This document shows, piece after piece, positions 51,392 to 64,000 of a stretch of 64,000 bases of DNA. Numbering within the stretch: position 1 is the first letter of the stretch; each line of letters opens with the position of its first letter. The DNA lies in contig NC_043012.1 in assembly GCF_006345805.1 (NCBI RefSeq), positions 28,520,001-28,584,000 of the forward strand, given 5' to 3'. Both the position numbers and the translations under genes were made by a program. Below the pieces are notes generated by a model. The model made no database searches. It was not told the DNA's origin and was given only the letters and a program-made list of their open reading frames with translations. The stretch comes from Octopus sinensis. Taxonomy: Eukaryota.

Positions 51392-51800
51392 ATACCCAGT
51401 CAACAAAACCATATAGGGCCGATATCAAACCGATGTTGTTACCTACATCGGCCCTACATCCGAAATTGTATCGGTTTGATTTCGGCCCGATCTCATTTTG
51501 CAACACGGGGCAACATCGGGCCGACGTATTCCCCAATGTCGAGCCGATATAAATTTGAGGTTGGGCTGATGGTAAATTTTGGTCGCTTACATCGAGTTGA
51601 CATCAGCCCAATTCACATATTCACATCAAGGTGACATCGATCCGATATGAAAATCAGGTCGGGCTGATGTAAGGTTGTTCAACTTCAGAAGTTTCAATAT
51701 CGGCCTGAAATACATTCAATATCTGGCTCCAAAATACATTCAAGGATGGGCTAATTAATGTATGATTAAACATTTATACGGGTTCGACATCGGCCGCACC
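51392..51800. repeat. Region rich in degenerate ATCGG-n-CCGAT motifs; possible MITE remnant
   Basis: About ten variants (atcggccc, ggccgat, gcccgat, atcgggccga, agccgat); starts tacccag; partner TIR not found. Confidence 0.45.
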
Positions 51801-52106
51801 TTATGTTCTCCATAGTATTGCACCAGATCCCTGGCATGAATTGCTCTGATTCCAGCCTCACCTACCCAGCGTTTGAAAATAAATGTGTAATATTGTTTCA
51901 ATTTATAGCCAATAAGGACCAGCCACTGCTAAACAAACAATATTAAATTTATTTTGAAGATGTAAGTGTATGAGCATCAGTTTACCTGGCATGTGTATGG
52001 GATTATCTAAAAAGATCATGTAGAAACCGCCAGAAAAAAATTCAGAAAATGGACAACTCATTTTTCTTTTAAAACATCATTTATTTTACCTATATATATA
52101 TATATA

Positions 52107-53167
52107 CTAGCTGAAGGTGACCCGCTCTACGCGCGGGTAAGAGTGTGGTTGTTACTTTCTGTTGCTTCCTTTCAGCACGTAAAAAGCACCATCCGAACGT
52201 GGTCGATTGCAGCGCCGCCATGACTGGCTTCTGTGCCGGTGGCACGTAAAAAGCACCAACTAACCGTGGCCGCTGCCAGCCCTCCTGGCACCTGTGCCGG
52301 CGGCACGAAAAAAGCACCCACTACACTCACAGAGTGGTTGGCGTTAGGAAGGGCATCCACCTGTAGAAACACTGCCAGATCAGACTGGAGCCTGGTGCAG
52401 CCTCCTGGCTTCCCAGACCCCGGTCAAACTGTCCAACCCGTGCTAGCACGGAAAACGGACGTTAAACGATGATGATGATGATGATTCTCCCTCTTTGTTT
52501 CTCTCTCCTTTCTCTCTCACTTTCCCCACTCTCTTACTCTTCCTTTCTCTCGGACTCTCCCTAGCTTTCTCTTACTCTCAATCTTTATCTATCTCTCTCC
52601 CATTTATAAACAACAAAAGATCTTGAGTAAGTTGAGAAATAAAATATTTAGAAAGATCAATCAAATATCAGGCAGTAACAACGGAAAGGTCTGTTTCAAG
52701 GCAGACAGCAAAACACTAACATTTAAAAGGGACAGACGAACTTGCGAGCTGAATAAAAATAATAAAATATTGGAGACCAAAGTTTGAAGGGATAGAATCT
52801 GAGGATAGTAGAATCACCATGGCTGGCATTTCTTAACGACGGACAGTAACGTATTGACAGTTTAACGGCTGGCGTAAAATTTTGAACTTGATGTAAAAGA
52901 AAATCCCTAAACACCAAGTTTTGAAGTGATTCTTTCTCACGACAGTAGACTCACCATGGCAAGCATTCAAAACTTCATCATGGACGGCAACACATTGACG
53001 ATTAAAAGGCTGGCGCAAATTTTTTAGCTTGATGTAACAGAGAATTGCTAAACACCCGCTCCTTTAAATTTTAATCCCCTTCCAGCCCCATTTAGACCCT
53101 TTTTCATATTTTGGTTAATATAACCCGATTTCATTTGGGTCTACTGGGGCCACATTTTATAAGATGA
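52107..53167 (-). mobile_element. Non-autonomous Helitron interrupted by a SINE
   Basis: Minus 3' end cccgcgcgtagagcggg..ctag; internal homology to 55289-56119. Confidence 0.75.
52174..52485 (+). mobile_element. (GAT)n-tailed SINE, family C
   Basis: cacgtaaaaagcacc repeats..ggaagggcatcca..cccgtgctagcacggaaaacggacgttaaac(gat)6. Confidence 0.85.
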
Positions 53168-53177
53168 GGACTCAGCC

Positions 53178-53345
53178 AAATTTCTCGAGTTCTGGTCATA
53201 GACCATAGAACACTCAACCAAGTTTCCCGAGTTCAGGTCATAGACCATAGAACAGTCAAGCAAGTTTCCCGAGTTCTGGTCATAGACCATAGAACAGTCA
53301 AGCAAGCTTCCCGAGTTCTGGTCATAGACCATAGAACACTTAGCT
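53178..53345 (+). repeat. 42-bp minisatellite x4
   Basis: aagtttcccgagttctggtcatagaccatagaacagtcaagc. Confidence 0.95.
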
Positions 53346-53699
53346 AAAATCTAGTTTCTACCTAGTCTGAACCAATCAATCCGCCGCAGTCTTCATCCAC
53401 ACAGAGCTTACTCAACCATGTTCCAGTTCCAGCGACAGACGACCAGACCAGCCAGTCATGTTCCTGCTCCAGTCAATGACGACGCTAACATACACCAGCA
53501 ACGCCACCGACGCCTTCATCTCAACGTCGCCTTTCTCTGCCGTCGCCATCACCATCGTCGTCCTTCACCTTCACGTCGTCTCCATCTCCGTCGCCTTCAT
53601 CTCCAGCAACACTAATATGTACAAAGCACTCATTCAGGTTTAGCTTTCACGCTGTTATGATTTTCACCGAGGTTAACAGCACAGCACTACCTGCGAGAT

Positions 53700-54490
53700 C
53701 TTCTGTACTAATGTAACCTGACACAGCATTGAAGCCACAACCGCTACACGACATGTGTTCAACCGGTATCTGCACTTGTGATCCGAACATCCTGTTACAG
53801 AACGAACTGCTATTATATACTTTACTACGAACCGGTAAATTAACTCCATCTTGTCTGAAATACCTTGAGAGACTTTTCCTATGCGCTGTATTTTGTTTTG
53901 CCCGCATACACCTTGTTTGTACTTCTGTCGCACACACGAACACACATAGTTAATACACACACAAATGCTATCTCTGTCACATTCATACGCCACACATGCA
54001 TTTCTCGCTTGTTTTCCATGCTCAATGTGCCCTTGTAAACACAACTCATCTCTGTAAGACCCTAGGTCGGTCACGCATACATAGAGAAAGTTGTTTGTCC
54101 CTTACAACGCGCCAGCATGCCACACTTTTGTTCCTGCACGACCGAGGCATATAATAGCTCAAGCACTGGCTGGCAGCCTCAGCCTTACTGCATTAATCAC
54201 TGGCATATTCAATACTGTACACTGTATTTCAGCCTAGCAAGCCCTATTGCACTCATGCACCTCTGTTCTGCACGTGTACTCCCTTGTTTTGCAACACGTC
54301 TGCGTCAGCTCAATTCTTCTCCCGACTCAAAGCACGTCGGATGTTCACATGCGCTGCGCTCATGTTTAGGCATAATTTTCCCCTGTTAGACCACTGTTGG
54401 TCACGTAATTAACAGAGAAAATTATCTGTCTCGCACCCAAGTTGCACCCAAAAAGTGTAAAGAAGCAACCAGTTCCCTTTACGTAACTAT
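53700..54490 (-). pseudogene. Possible highly decayed Ty3/Gypsy pol fragment (RNase H end to integrase Zn domain)
   Basis: KRELVA..FSLLIT*, KN*ADADVL (cf. N..ADALSR), H..H..INYVCSC..QKYK; weak, multi-frame. Confidence 0.35.
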
Positions 54491-54849
54491 CAAAAAATAT
54501 TAAAAAGTTTAATATACATAAATACAGATATATACACTTTGTATATATACATTATATATACATATTTATATATAGAACACACACACACACACATATATAT
54601 AAACGCACGTTGGTGTGTTCTGTTTGTATTTGGTCGATCGGCGCGTTGACAGGTAGACAATAGAATGCGATGGCGATGGCGATGGAATATTTGTTTCTCT
54701 CTATGAATGCAGACAGATACATAAGTGAAAATTATGGGAAGGTAAGAAATAGAGTGAGTGAAAATGTGCTGGGAAGAGAGGAAATAGCGAGAGTGAGTTG
54801 AGGAAGACAGATACATTAAATAACTGGAGTGGATTGTCAAAGTTATAAA

Positions 54850-55052
54850 TGAAGGGGAGTTAGAGGGGAATGGAGGAAACAGCGTGAGTGAGGAAGATGG
54901 CCCCTAGCAACCACACCTTTTAAGATAGGGATTTCTAAGGTAGCCCACCTCATTTTACATGTCCCTGTAAATTTTGGAGCGAATCGGATGGGATGTAGTG
55001 GCATTGAAAGCGATCCAAGCGGTAAAAACGCATTTCAGTTTTATATATAGAG
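54850..55052 (-). mobile_element. Helitron 5'-end fragment
   Basis: Minus read tctctatatataaaactg.., same start as the 30120 family. Confidence 0.55.
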
Positions 55053-55288
55053 ATAAAAGAGGCTTTGGGTCAAAATTGTGTGCACATTTCGCTACGTCAG
55101 AGATTGGCAGCCAGACCAGTGATCGGATCGAGCTGCAAATTGACATAGGCATAGAAGGCGTGATGAAGCAGAGAGTTGAGTAGGTTAAAACACGCCATCT
55201 GGAAAGATGCGGTTGCTATGGTGGGAAGAGTGATTTTTTTATCGATTCAAGGGGGGTTCTAAGCCCTTCCAGATTAGCGCGATTGGCA

Positions 55289-56119
55289 TCTAATCTAATC
55301 TATAAAATGAAGAAGGCGAACGTTGATACAAATTGGATTTTTATGTAAAAAGGGGTCTAAATGGGGGTGGAAGGAGATTAAAATTTACAGGAGGGGGTAA
55401 CTTGAGATGAGAAATTGATTGGGAGACGTTTTGGGGCGTTACAGTGGTTACTTTGCTGTGAAAACGGGGATTTTATTGATTTTTAGGGACACTTCGGGGT
55501 CTAGATTGGACACCTCTTGCCCGATTTCAATCATATTTTCAACATGGTGAAGTGGAAGCGGATTTGTAATTTAAGCGAGGAAAATGGGTTCGAAATTTTG
55601 AAAATTAAGGCAAGATTTTTGAGTTGAAAAAGTTTTTTTTATTGTTTACAGTTTTCATTTTTTCTGAAAGAAATTTACAGCTGCATGTAGCCCGTGTTTA
55701 GAGCTTTTATTTGCATGATCAATCGTCGAAAAATTCCCAAAATAAGTACTAAATTTAACAAAGAAATCCTCCCCCCCCTTATTTCTAATCGCTCAAATAG
55801 TGGTACGTACAAAAGGCAAGTTGCTTTCTGTTGTCACTGCCTGATATTTATGATTGATCTTTCAAAATATTTTCTTACTCAACTTACTTAAGATCTTTTG
55901 TTTTTTTTTATAAATGGGAGAGAGATAGATAGAGAAAGATAGAGAGTCAGATAAAGCGAGGGAGAGTCCGAGAGAAAGGAAGAGCAAGAGAGTAGGTAAG
56001 TGAGAGAGAAAGGAGAGAGAAACAAAGAGGGAGAATGTGGCGATAAGAAACAGAAAGGAAGCAACAGAAAGTAACAACCACACCCTCACCCGCTCGTAGG
56101 GTGGGTCACCTTAAGCTAG
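55289..56119 (+). mobile_element. Non-autonomous Helitron (relative of 52107-53167)
   Basis: tctaatctaatctataaaatg start; cccgctcgtagggtggg..ctag|t end. Confidence 0.75.
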
Positions 56120-56529
56120 TAAAGTATAACTTTAAAAAATGACTATTTATAACATAACAAAAGTAAATCACAACATTTAAATGTTAATAAAAATGAAGAC
56201 AAAATATATGGCCAATATACACCGTGAAACTAAGATATTTATTTAATTGGTGTTAAGGTTATTTATACAGCTGTGGCTTTTTGTGTATGGGTAGTAAATG
56301 TAAACGGTGAAAACTTATATTTAGGGAAAATTTTCACGCGTTAGTTTCTTAACTTGCGCAGGATACGCGCATATATATATGTTGTGTGCGCGCATTTGCG
56401 TGTGTGTGTCTGTGTTTGTGTGTGTGTGCGTGTGTATGTATGTATGCATGTATGTATGTATGTATGTATGTATGTATGTATGTATGTATGTATGTATGTA
56501 TGTATGTATGAATGTATGTATGTATGTAT

Positions 56530-57135
56530 GTACATTAATGTAAATTTACAGGGATATATTATCCGGGCCAATACCGTGGTGGCTCTCAGTTACGTTCCAA
56601 GTTTATGGCTAACAGCATCGATTAGTATTTAACGTCTATGACTACCTTGAATCGCCACTCACGCTGTTAATTCCTCCGATAGGTAATTCCATGCTCTCTT
56701 CTCTGGATAGAAATATTATTTGAAGTGTATATTCGTAATAATGATAACGGTATAGAATATAGAGGCTTGGTCATCCTCAAAATTTACCTACATGTTTTAG
56801 TACTCCACCTTGGTCACTCGTTGAAATTAGAAAATTAATATTTTTGCGAGTTTAGTGGAATATATTGGCCGGGAGGATACTGAGGTGGCTCTCAGTTATG
56901 TTCCGGGTTACGGCTGACACGTTAAATACTAATCGATGCTGTTAGCCGTAACCTAGAGTATAACTGAGAGCCACCGAAGTATCCAACCGGATAATATATC
57001 CTTTTAAGCTCACATTAATATGAATTCTCGAATTTCAACGAGCGACTAAGGTGGAACACCGAAATATGGAGAGAAATTTTGAGGAAGGACAAGTCTCAAT
57101 ATTCTATATCACTATAATTATAACTAATCTCTCTC
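56530..57135. repeat. Diverged foldback/triplicated segment
   Basis: ~56745-56920 inverted against ~56925-57130; third partial copy at 56530-56630. Confidence 0.7.
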
Positions 57136-57274
57136 TCTATTGATATAAATGTTAAGACAACAAAAGAATGAAAGAGACCTCAGTATTATGTAAATAGAGG
57201 AATTTATCTGTAAATGTAATATGTGACAATTCGAATAATTGTCACATATTACATTTACAGATAATCTCTCTCTC

Positions 57275-58766
57275 TCTATATATAAAATTCTTTGTCTGTC
57301 TGTCCGCCTGTATGTCTGTCTGTTCCCTATACATTCTCAAACGGCTCCACCGAATCAAATCAAATCAAATTTTACAAGGTAATAATGTCAACATGTAATT
57401 TTTATTTTTATTGGGATTAAAACAATATAACATTTTCTCGAAAATAATCTTTCTATAGTCAACTATATAGCAAAGGACATTTTATACCACGACGACGACA
57501 ACGTCGACGACTTCACATTTCGTGTGAGTATGTGTGTGTGTGTGTGTTTGCGCTTTTGTTATGTACGAAATAAGAAACGACATTTTATACCACGCCGACG
57601 ACACATTTTGTATAGGAGTATGTATGTGTCTGTCAGTGTGTGTGTGTGTGTGTGTTTGCGCTTTTGTTATGTACGAAATAAGAAACGACATTTTATACCA
57701 CGCCGACGACACATTTTGTATAGGAGTATGTATGTGTCTGTCAGTGTGTGTGTGTGTGTGTGTTCAAGCGTTCGTTACGTACGACATAGTGAAGGAGATT
57801 TTATACCACCACCACCACCAAGACATGACACATTTGTATATGAGTGTGTATGAGTCTGTGAGTGTGTGTGTTTGGGCGTTCCTTACGCTAATGTATATCT
57901 GTGTGTGTCTGTCTTAGTATATATATATGCCACTGTATGTGAGAGTGTATATGTACGTCAGTGTATGTGATAGTATATGTGTGTGTGAATGTATGTATGA
58001 TTGTCAATCACACTTATGTAATCTGGCTATTTGAAAGAGCCATGATGTTTCCAACTAATGAAATGGTTGATGAACTCAATCATGAACATCAAAAGTTAGC
58101 AGATACATCAGAAGTCATTTTCCCACTAATTCACGCGACAGTTGATCATGATCAAGCTGTTCAATACCCTGTTGAATTTCTGAACACACTTAAACCCACT
58201 GGGATGCCACCGCATAACATGACACTAAAGCTGGATGCTCCCATTATGTTGATTAGGAATTTGACCCACCTCGCCTGTGTAATGGAACTCGCTTAATTGT
58301 TACTTTCATGTAGCAACATGTCCTACAGGCAACAATCATAACAGCTAGTCACAAAGAAGACAATGTCTTTATTCCAAAATTTCCTCTCATACCTACAGAT
58401 GCTCCATTTGAATTTAAGAGGCTAGTTTTGGTATTTCAGTCAACAAATCTCAGGGTCAATCCTCAAGGTAGTTGGACTTCATCTCTCTACTACATGCTTC
58501 TGCCATGGACAATTCTATGCTGGTTGCTCACGAGTTGGAAGCAGCACAATTTATTCATTTGGACACCAACAAAAGATTACCCTGAGGTGGTTTAAGATTC
58601 CCAGATTTTCAGTTCTAAATTATATTACCATTACAATTTGGATATTTTAAAATAAAATATAGATATTTTGAAATAATTATAAGAAAAATACATATCCTCA
58701 TGTTTATTGTTTACTAATCTGAATAAGAACAGTAGTAACCCGGGTAACACCGGGTAATTCAGCTAG
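57275..58766 (+). mobile_element. Internally deleted Helitron with both ends, internal minisatellite and PIF1 C-terminal remnant
   Basis: TCTATATATAAAA start; YPVEFLNTLKPTGMPPH..IMLIRNL..CNGTRL, KSQG, CHGQFY; cccgggtaacaccggg..CTAG|T end. Confidence 0.88.
57480..57900 (+). repeat. ~105-110-bp minisatellite x3-4 containing (TG)n
   Basis: ttttataccacgccgacgacacattttgtatagg.. repeated. Confidence 0.9.
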
Positions 58767-58767
58767 T

Positions 58768-58884
<117 letters not shown>

Positions 58885-59059
58885 TATAGTCTGTTGAGGA
58901 CATAGTGTCCGCTTTACGGATTATGAAATAGAGATCAACTAGTATTATCAATAATATATTGTGAGAATTCTCCCAATATATAGGGATAAACAATCGAATA
59001 TATAATTATAACTAAAAGAAAACGAGAAAAATATTGTGGGTACTTATTTTATTTGTATC

Positions 59060-62000
59060 ACAATATGAACATAGCAAGTAGTTTAATGCAGATAAAATAT
59101 AAATGAATATACATTAACGTAAAATAAAATAAAATATGCGCAAGAGGTGCCTACATATATCTCAATCTGGTCTTATGTAAATATTGCTTCGGAATATTCG
59201 AACCTTGTTAAGAGTTTTAGATGTAAAAAATAACAACAAAGTGTCCAGATATCTTCAGGTCGATCTCGTTCAAAAGGCTAATGCTTACATATTTTTCTCA
59301 CGGGAATACACGCTTTCTTGCTAAGATGGATGAGAACAATATATTCATTTGGTTGAGTTTCTACGTAATTTAAACATTAGTTTGTTAGAAAAGCGAGAAG
59401 GAACGCCGATGTGGTAATAGTGGGCGGTATCAGTTAATCAAAACTTTCTAAAAACCTATTAGGGATTTTAAAAAAAGACTGCCAAGTGTTTAGATGAATA
59501 TTATGCAACCAATACTTGCCTGGATAAATCTATGTCTATTCTTATTATCTATTCTATGGAACTAGTTGATTGCTTCTTGTGTACTAGACCACATATCAAA
59601 TCTTAATTTATTCCTAAGTTGGACTATATATATCAAGAGATAATGAGGATAGACATAGATTTTTAAATGATTACTACTACTCAATAAATCCCACAGTACC
59701 AAACAGTGCCCTAATCTTTGCTAAGAGTCATACTAACCTATCTCCCCATGAAATTAATATACTTACAGCGCGTAAATCATTAATTAATTTCACAATAAAT
59801 ACTGCGCTAAGAATGACGCACCTATTGCTTTGACATACCCATGGGCTCGACCGACTCGGCGCAAGTCACCGATATTGTAGGAATATATTTACTGAATAAG
59901 TTTAATAGTGAATTCCCGAAAATGGTTGGGCGTGCTATACCGAGATGATGCATTATTTATTACTAAACCTACCAATAATAGAAAACGAGAAAATTATAAG
60001 AAACATTTTATAAATTCTTCAACAGGTTTGGGCTTAAAAATTCTGTCAAAAATGAGAAGAGCTCAGTAAACTCTCTAGATGTTAACCTTAACTTACTCAC
60101 AGGTATCCATGCATCATATCATAAACTCAATTCTAAACTGATATATATAGATATTGAAAGTAATCATTAGAAAGAATAACAAATTGCTTAGTTAAGAATA
60201 TTCAACGTAGAATTAACTATCTTACTTCTAGTCAAGAGATTTTTAATATAAATAAGGACTATTATAACATAGCATTGGCTAAGGTAGGGCAAGATTCAAA
60301 CAAAACATTAAAATTGACACACATAAAGATAAACCATAAACTGACTGCTAGGTAAATGAAAATTTGATAATGATAAATAAAAATGAACCAAAAACTAACA
60401 TTAATAAGCATTAAATACAAATAAAACTATTACAATTATCACGATAATGAAAAATCGAATTACATCCAACAGGAATCCAGCTACCGACTGAACAATCTAA
60501 AAACTAAAATATCATTAAAACAAAAAAGATATTCCATATATTAAACATACACAAGGAAACAACGAGGAATACCAGAACAAGAATGATAATAATAATATCT
60601 GGCTTATATTACTTTACGACCAGCAGATAAGGACTAACCTCATCCGAATAAGTCGTTCAATCATTAATAAACATTTCACTTCTAATAAATGTTGTTCTAT
60701 AATTAATAATAAAATAATACGAATTGGATTTTAGTAACTAGAAAACCCTATTCAGACATATATCCTCCTTTAATAATGTAAAACTTGACGCATACTATAC
60801 AAATAGAAATGATCTCCCCTCCAAATGTGAACAAATGATATCCAAACAAACATAAATGCCAGATATAATATATCCAGACGACACAGGAACAATAATACCA
60901 ACACAAATAACACATTTTATAACTATTTAAATGCTTTCCGTGATTGTAGGTTTAAAGAAAAATATAAATTTAAGAATTACTGTAAACGTAAAAACCTAGT
61001 ATACCAAGCAACCGTTGAAGCGGAAGGCAAATATTTCTATTATGTCGGAACAACCTCGTGTTATGTGAAATCTAGACTTGCGAACCATCAGACCTCCTTT
61101 AGAAATGCTAATAAACGAAATAGTACTGGCCTAAGTATATTTACCTGGAAACTAAAAGATAGCAATATAACTTATAAAATTAAATGGAAAATTCTAAGCA
61201 AAGCTCATGCGTACAAACCACCGGCCAAAACTTGCTCACTTTGCTGAGATGTGATGTACAACATTTTATTTTCTAAGAATAAACTTTTAAATAATAGTTC
61301 CAAAAAACCTCCCAAAGCCTTACATGTGCACAAATATATTTTTTCTAAATATAAATGATTCACCACTTCCTTTCTAGCAAATCTAATTATACATACTTTC
61401 CACCTTAATCACATATTGTAAGTTTACCTATATAAGTACATATAATTGCATAAAATTCATGTATATATATATATATATATATATCCATACCATCTACAAA
61501 CCTTATACTAATATTTTCTGCACGATCCACTTAATTACTATGCATAAATGCATTCTATATAATATATGTATCAACACTAACATTAATCACCTATTTGAAG
61601 ACTTTTCTCTTACTAACACTACACTCTACCATTAAATATATCTTTATATTGTTGATTATATAAGTATACCTAAATATCACCAATAATCTAGGCTCTACCT
61701 GACACGTAGTTTATATTCATACCTACAGTATGCTTTGCTTGCATAATAATAATAATTAATTTTCTTCTCTATAACTCCCACATATCTATTTCTAAATTTG
61801 TTTCTTATGTTTATTAATCCAAACTTATTCCCATAATTATAGCACAAATCCTCAAATTCCTCATAGAAGTAAGTGTAATATAATTTTTTTTACTTTGAAT
61901 CTAATAATTTTTAATCGAACGTATCTGTTAGTGTATTGAAATGATACTAATAGCATTAATCTTTCTTTAGAATAATTAATGAAAATTTTCTTCGTAACTG

Positions 62001-62900
62001 AACGATAATGCAGTACTCTAAATTTTAATTTAAATGTATATCCTGCACTATTAATTGATCTTAACAAGTAAAGATATACGAATACTTACGAGAGAACCTT
62101 TAATTTAATTCCTGCCTTATCGTTGCCTAAGTATACAATATAGCTTATTCTTTCTTAGTTATAACTTTTAAAATACTAAAATCTGCACACACACATTTTA
62201 TCATATATTCCTAATCATTTATTGTCATTTACAATTTCTTTCAACTAACTATAATCTTATTTCCTTATTTTCTACCAGAAAATTTATTTCTCTATATATT
62301 ATTAATATTTTATTTTTTCCACATCCCTCCCTATTTCTTATCTTTCCTCTTTAATTCAATCTTTTTAACGTCTTCACAATATCTTACCCTTATTAAATTA
62401 TGTCTCTCTCATCCATTAAACGTCTATATATTGTTAAATGGTTGCATAATGTCCATCTAAACACATAACTATCTTTCTTTTTAAAATCCCTAATAGGTTT
62501 TTAGAAAGTTTTGATTAGCTGATACCGCCCACTATTACCACATCGGCGTTCCTTCTTGCTTTTCTAACAAACTAATGTTTACAATACGTAGAAACTCAAC
62601 ATATGAATATATTGTTCTTATCCATCTTATCAAGAAAGCTCTTTACCAACATCTTGTATTCCTGTGAGAAGCATATGTAAGCATTAGCCTTTTGAACGAG
62701 ATGGCCCTGAAAATATTTGGACACTTTGTTATTATTTTTTACATATAAAACTCTTAACAAGGTTCGAATATTCTGAAGCACTGTTTACATAGTGACCAGA
62801 TTGAAACATGTGTAGGCACCTCTTATGCACATTTTATTTTATTTTACGTTCATTTACATTTTATTTGTATTAAACTACTTGCTATGTTCATATTATGATA
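59060..62900 (+). mobile_element. Degenerate Penelope-like element with inverted 5' copy of its 3' end
   Basis: FDIPMGSTDSAQVTDIVGIYLL..LYRDDAL (~59830-59960); LVYQA..YYVG..STGLSIFTWKLK..CSLC (~61000-61250); 59060-59480 inverted against 62470-62900. Confidence 0.85.
62704..62817 (+). ncRNA. Decayed type I hammerhead (family 5); mirror at 59149-59261 on minus
   Basis: gcc CTGAAAA tatttgg..ccagatt GAAA catgtg TA ggc; mirror keeps CTGAAGA but has GAGA. Confidence 0.6.
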
Positions 62901-63733
62901 CGTATCTACCTCCAGCTGCTCTCTATTGCTGGAGGTGGATTTGCACAATTGGTCAGCGACTACTGTGAAAAAGATGGTGGAACGCAAAAGGACCAGAGGA
63001 TTAGTTTCGGAGTTATGTCCCTTATTAAGGTATGCTATGAGGCCGGCAAGAGTTATCTTGAAGTGTACATCCCCATGTATGTACACGCACACCCCTATAA
63101 AGCGGACAGCCTACAAAATAGACTTCTCTCAGACCCCACCAACACATACCCCTTCACACAATTTGTACCCTCACATATACACAGACACCCCCCACACACT
63201 ACACACCGCACGCTTACATAAAAAACCCACGTCTTTATCCTTTACAGAAAGAAAACGACCTACGAACAGCCGTATATACCTACATCCCCAGAAAAATTAT
63301 ACGTATGTCACCACTTCGCATATCACGCACCCCATGCTACACCCCCACAAGAACACCAGAATAATAAAACACACTTTGCCCACTTCAAGATAACTCTTGC
63401 TAGCTTCACAGTATACCCAACCAAGGGACATAACTCTTAACTTAATCCCTTGGTACTTTTTCGTTCCACCACTTGTTTCACAGCACCCACTGACACCAGT
63501 TGTACTAATCCACCTCTGACAATAAAGAGCAGTTGGTATATTCCCTTCCATATCAGCTTACTCTGATGAGCGTAAAGTTATATAATCTGACTGTATCCTT
63601 TACGCGAAGCCGATTAGTAAGATCAACCGTGTTGGACATTTAATACTATACATTTCGGATAATATACCCACTCTACTGACAGATAAACGAGTGCATCTTT
63701 TCCCTGACTTATGGTCTCTTAAAGGATTCACGT
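62895..63733. mobile_element. Inverted pair of another PLE-type 3' end
   Basis: ~62895-63070 (-) and ~63375-63545 (+) both read HFKITLA..KGHNS..NPLVL.RST; plus arm continues into a hammerhead and (TA)n. Confidence 0.65.
63557..63621 (+). ncRNA. Type I hammerhead fold (family 6), core variant GAAG
   Basis: cttact CTGATGA gcgtaaag[loop]ctttacgc GAAG ccga TT agtaag; perfect 6-bp stem I and 8-bp stem II. Confidence 0.7.
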
Positions 63734-63740
63734 ATATATA

Positions 63741-63800
<60 letters not shown>

Positions 63801-64000
63801 CCTATCCATCCAACTCACCCCCACCCCATACATTACACCCAGTCCCACCCTTGCTTTCTTCACTCTCGCCTCTCCCACATCCCAACACCACCACTCCACA
63901 CCTTACACCAGGAAACCATACACCACCATACACGACCATACCACACAACACCACATCACATCACACCACCACGCACACGCTAGCACAGACCACTTCCCCG

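Noticed and set aside
53141-53332. MVYDQNSG repeat peptide
   Set aside because: Translation of the 42-bp minisatellite, whose length happens to be a multiple of three

Overview
AT-rich, repeat-saturated eukaryotic DNA with no recognisable host gene; the SINE families and microsatellite load look like octopus/cephalopod DNA (inference from recall, not a database hit). Nearly all sequence is nested transposable-element debris: five R4/Dong-like RT+RLE LINE copies (two ending in (TAA)n tails), several Tx1/L1-like LINEs, Penelope-like elements (PLEs: RT + GIY-YIG) and many PLE-type ends sitting in (TA)n runs, Helitrons (Rep/PIF1 remnants and TC...CTAG non-autonomous copies), a mariner pseudogene and three SINE families. 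Two things stand out. (1) A dense set of type I hammerhead ribozyme folds in about six unrelated sequence families, including a 5 x ~489-bp head-to-tail array with one hammerhead per unit (33.4-35.8 kb), the architecture of a retrozyme/circRNA locus. (2) Two diverged ORF1-only (HAL1-like) Tx1 derivatives inserted head-to-tail into the same 13-bp site of a tRNA-derived SINE, with the target present at all three junctions (16.2-19.9 kb). Motifs were read by eye; most element boundaries are approximate.
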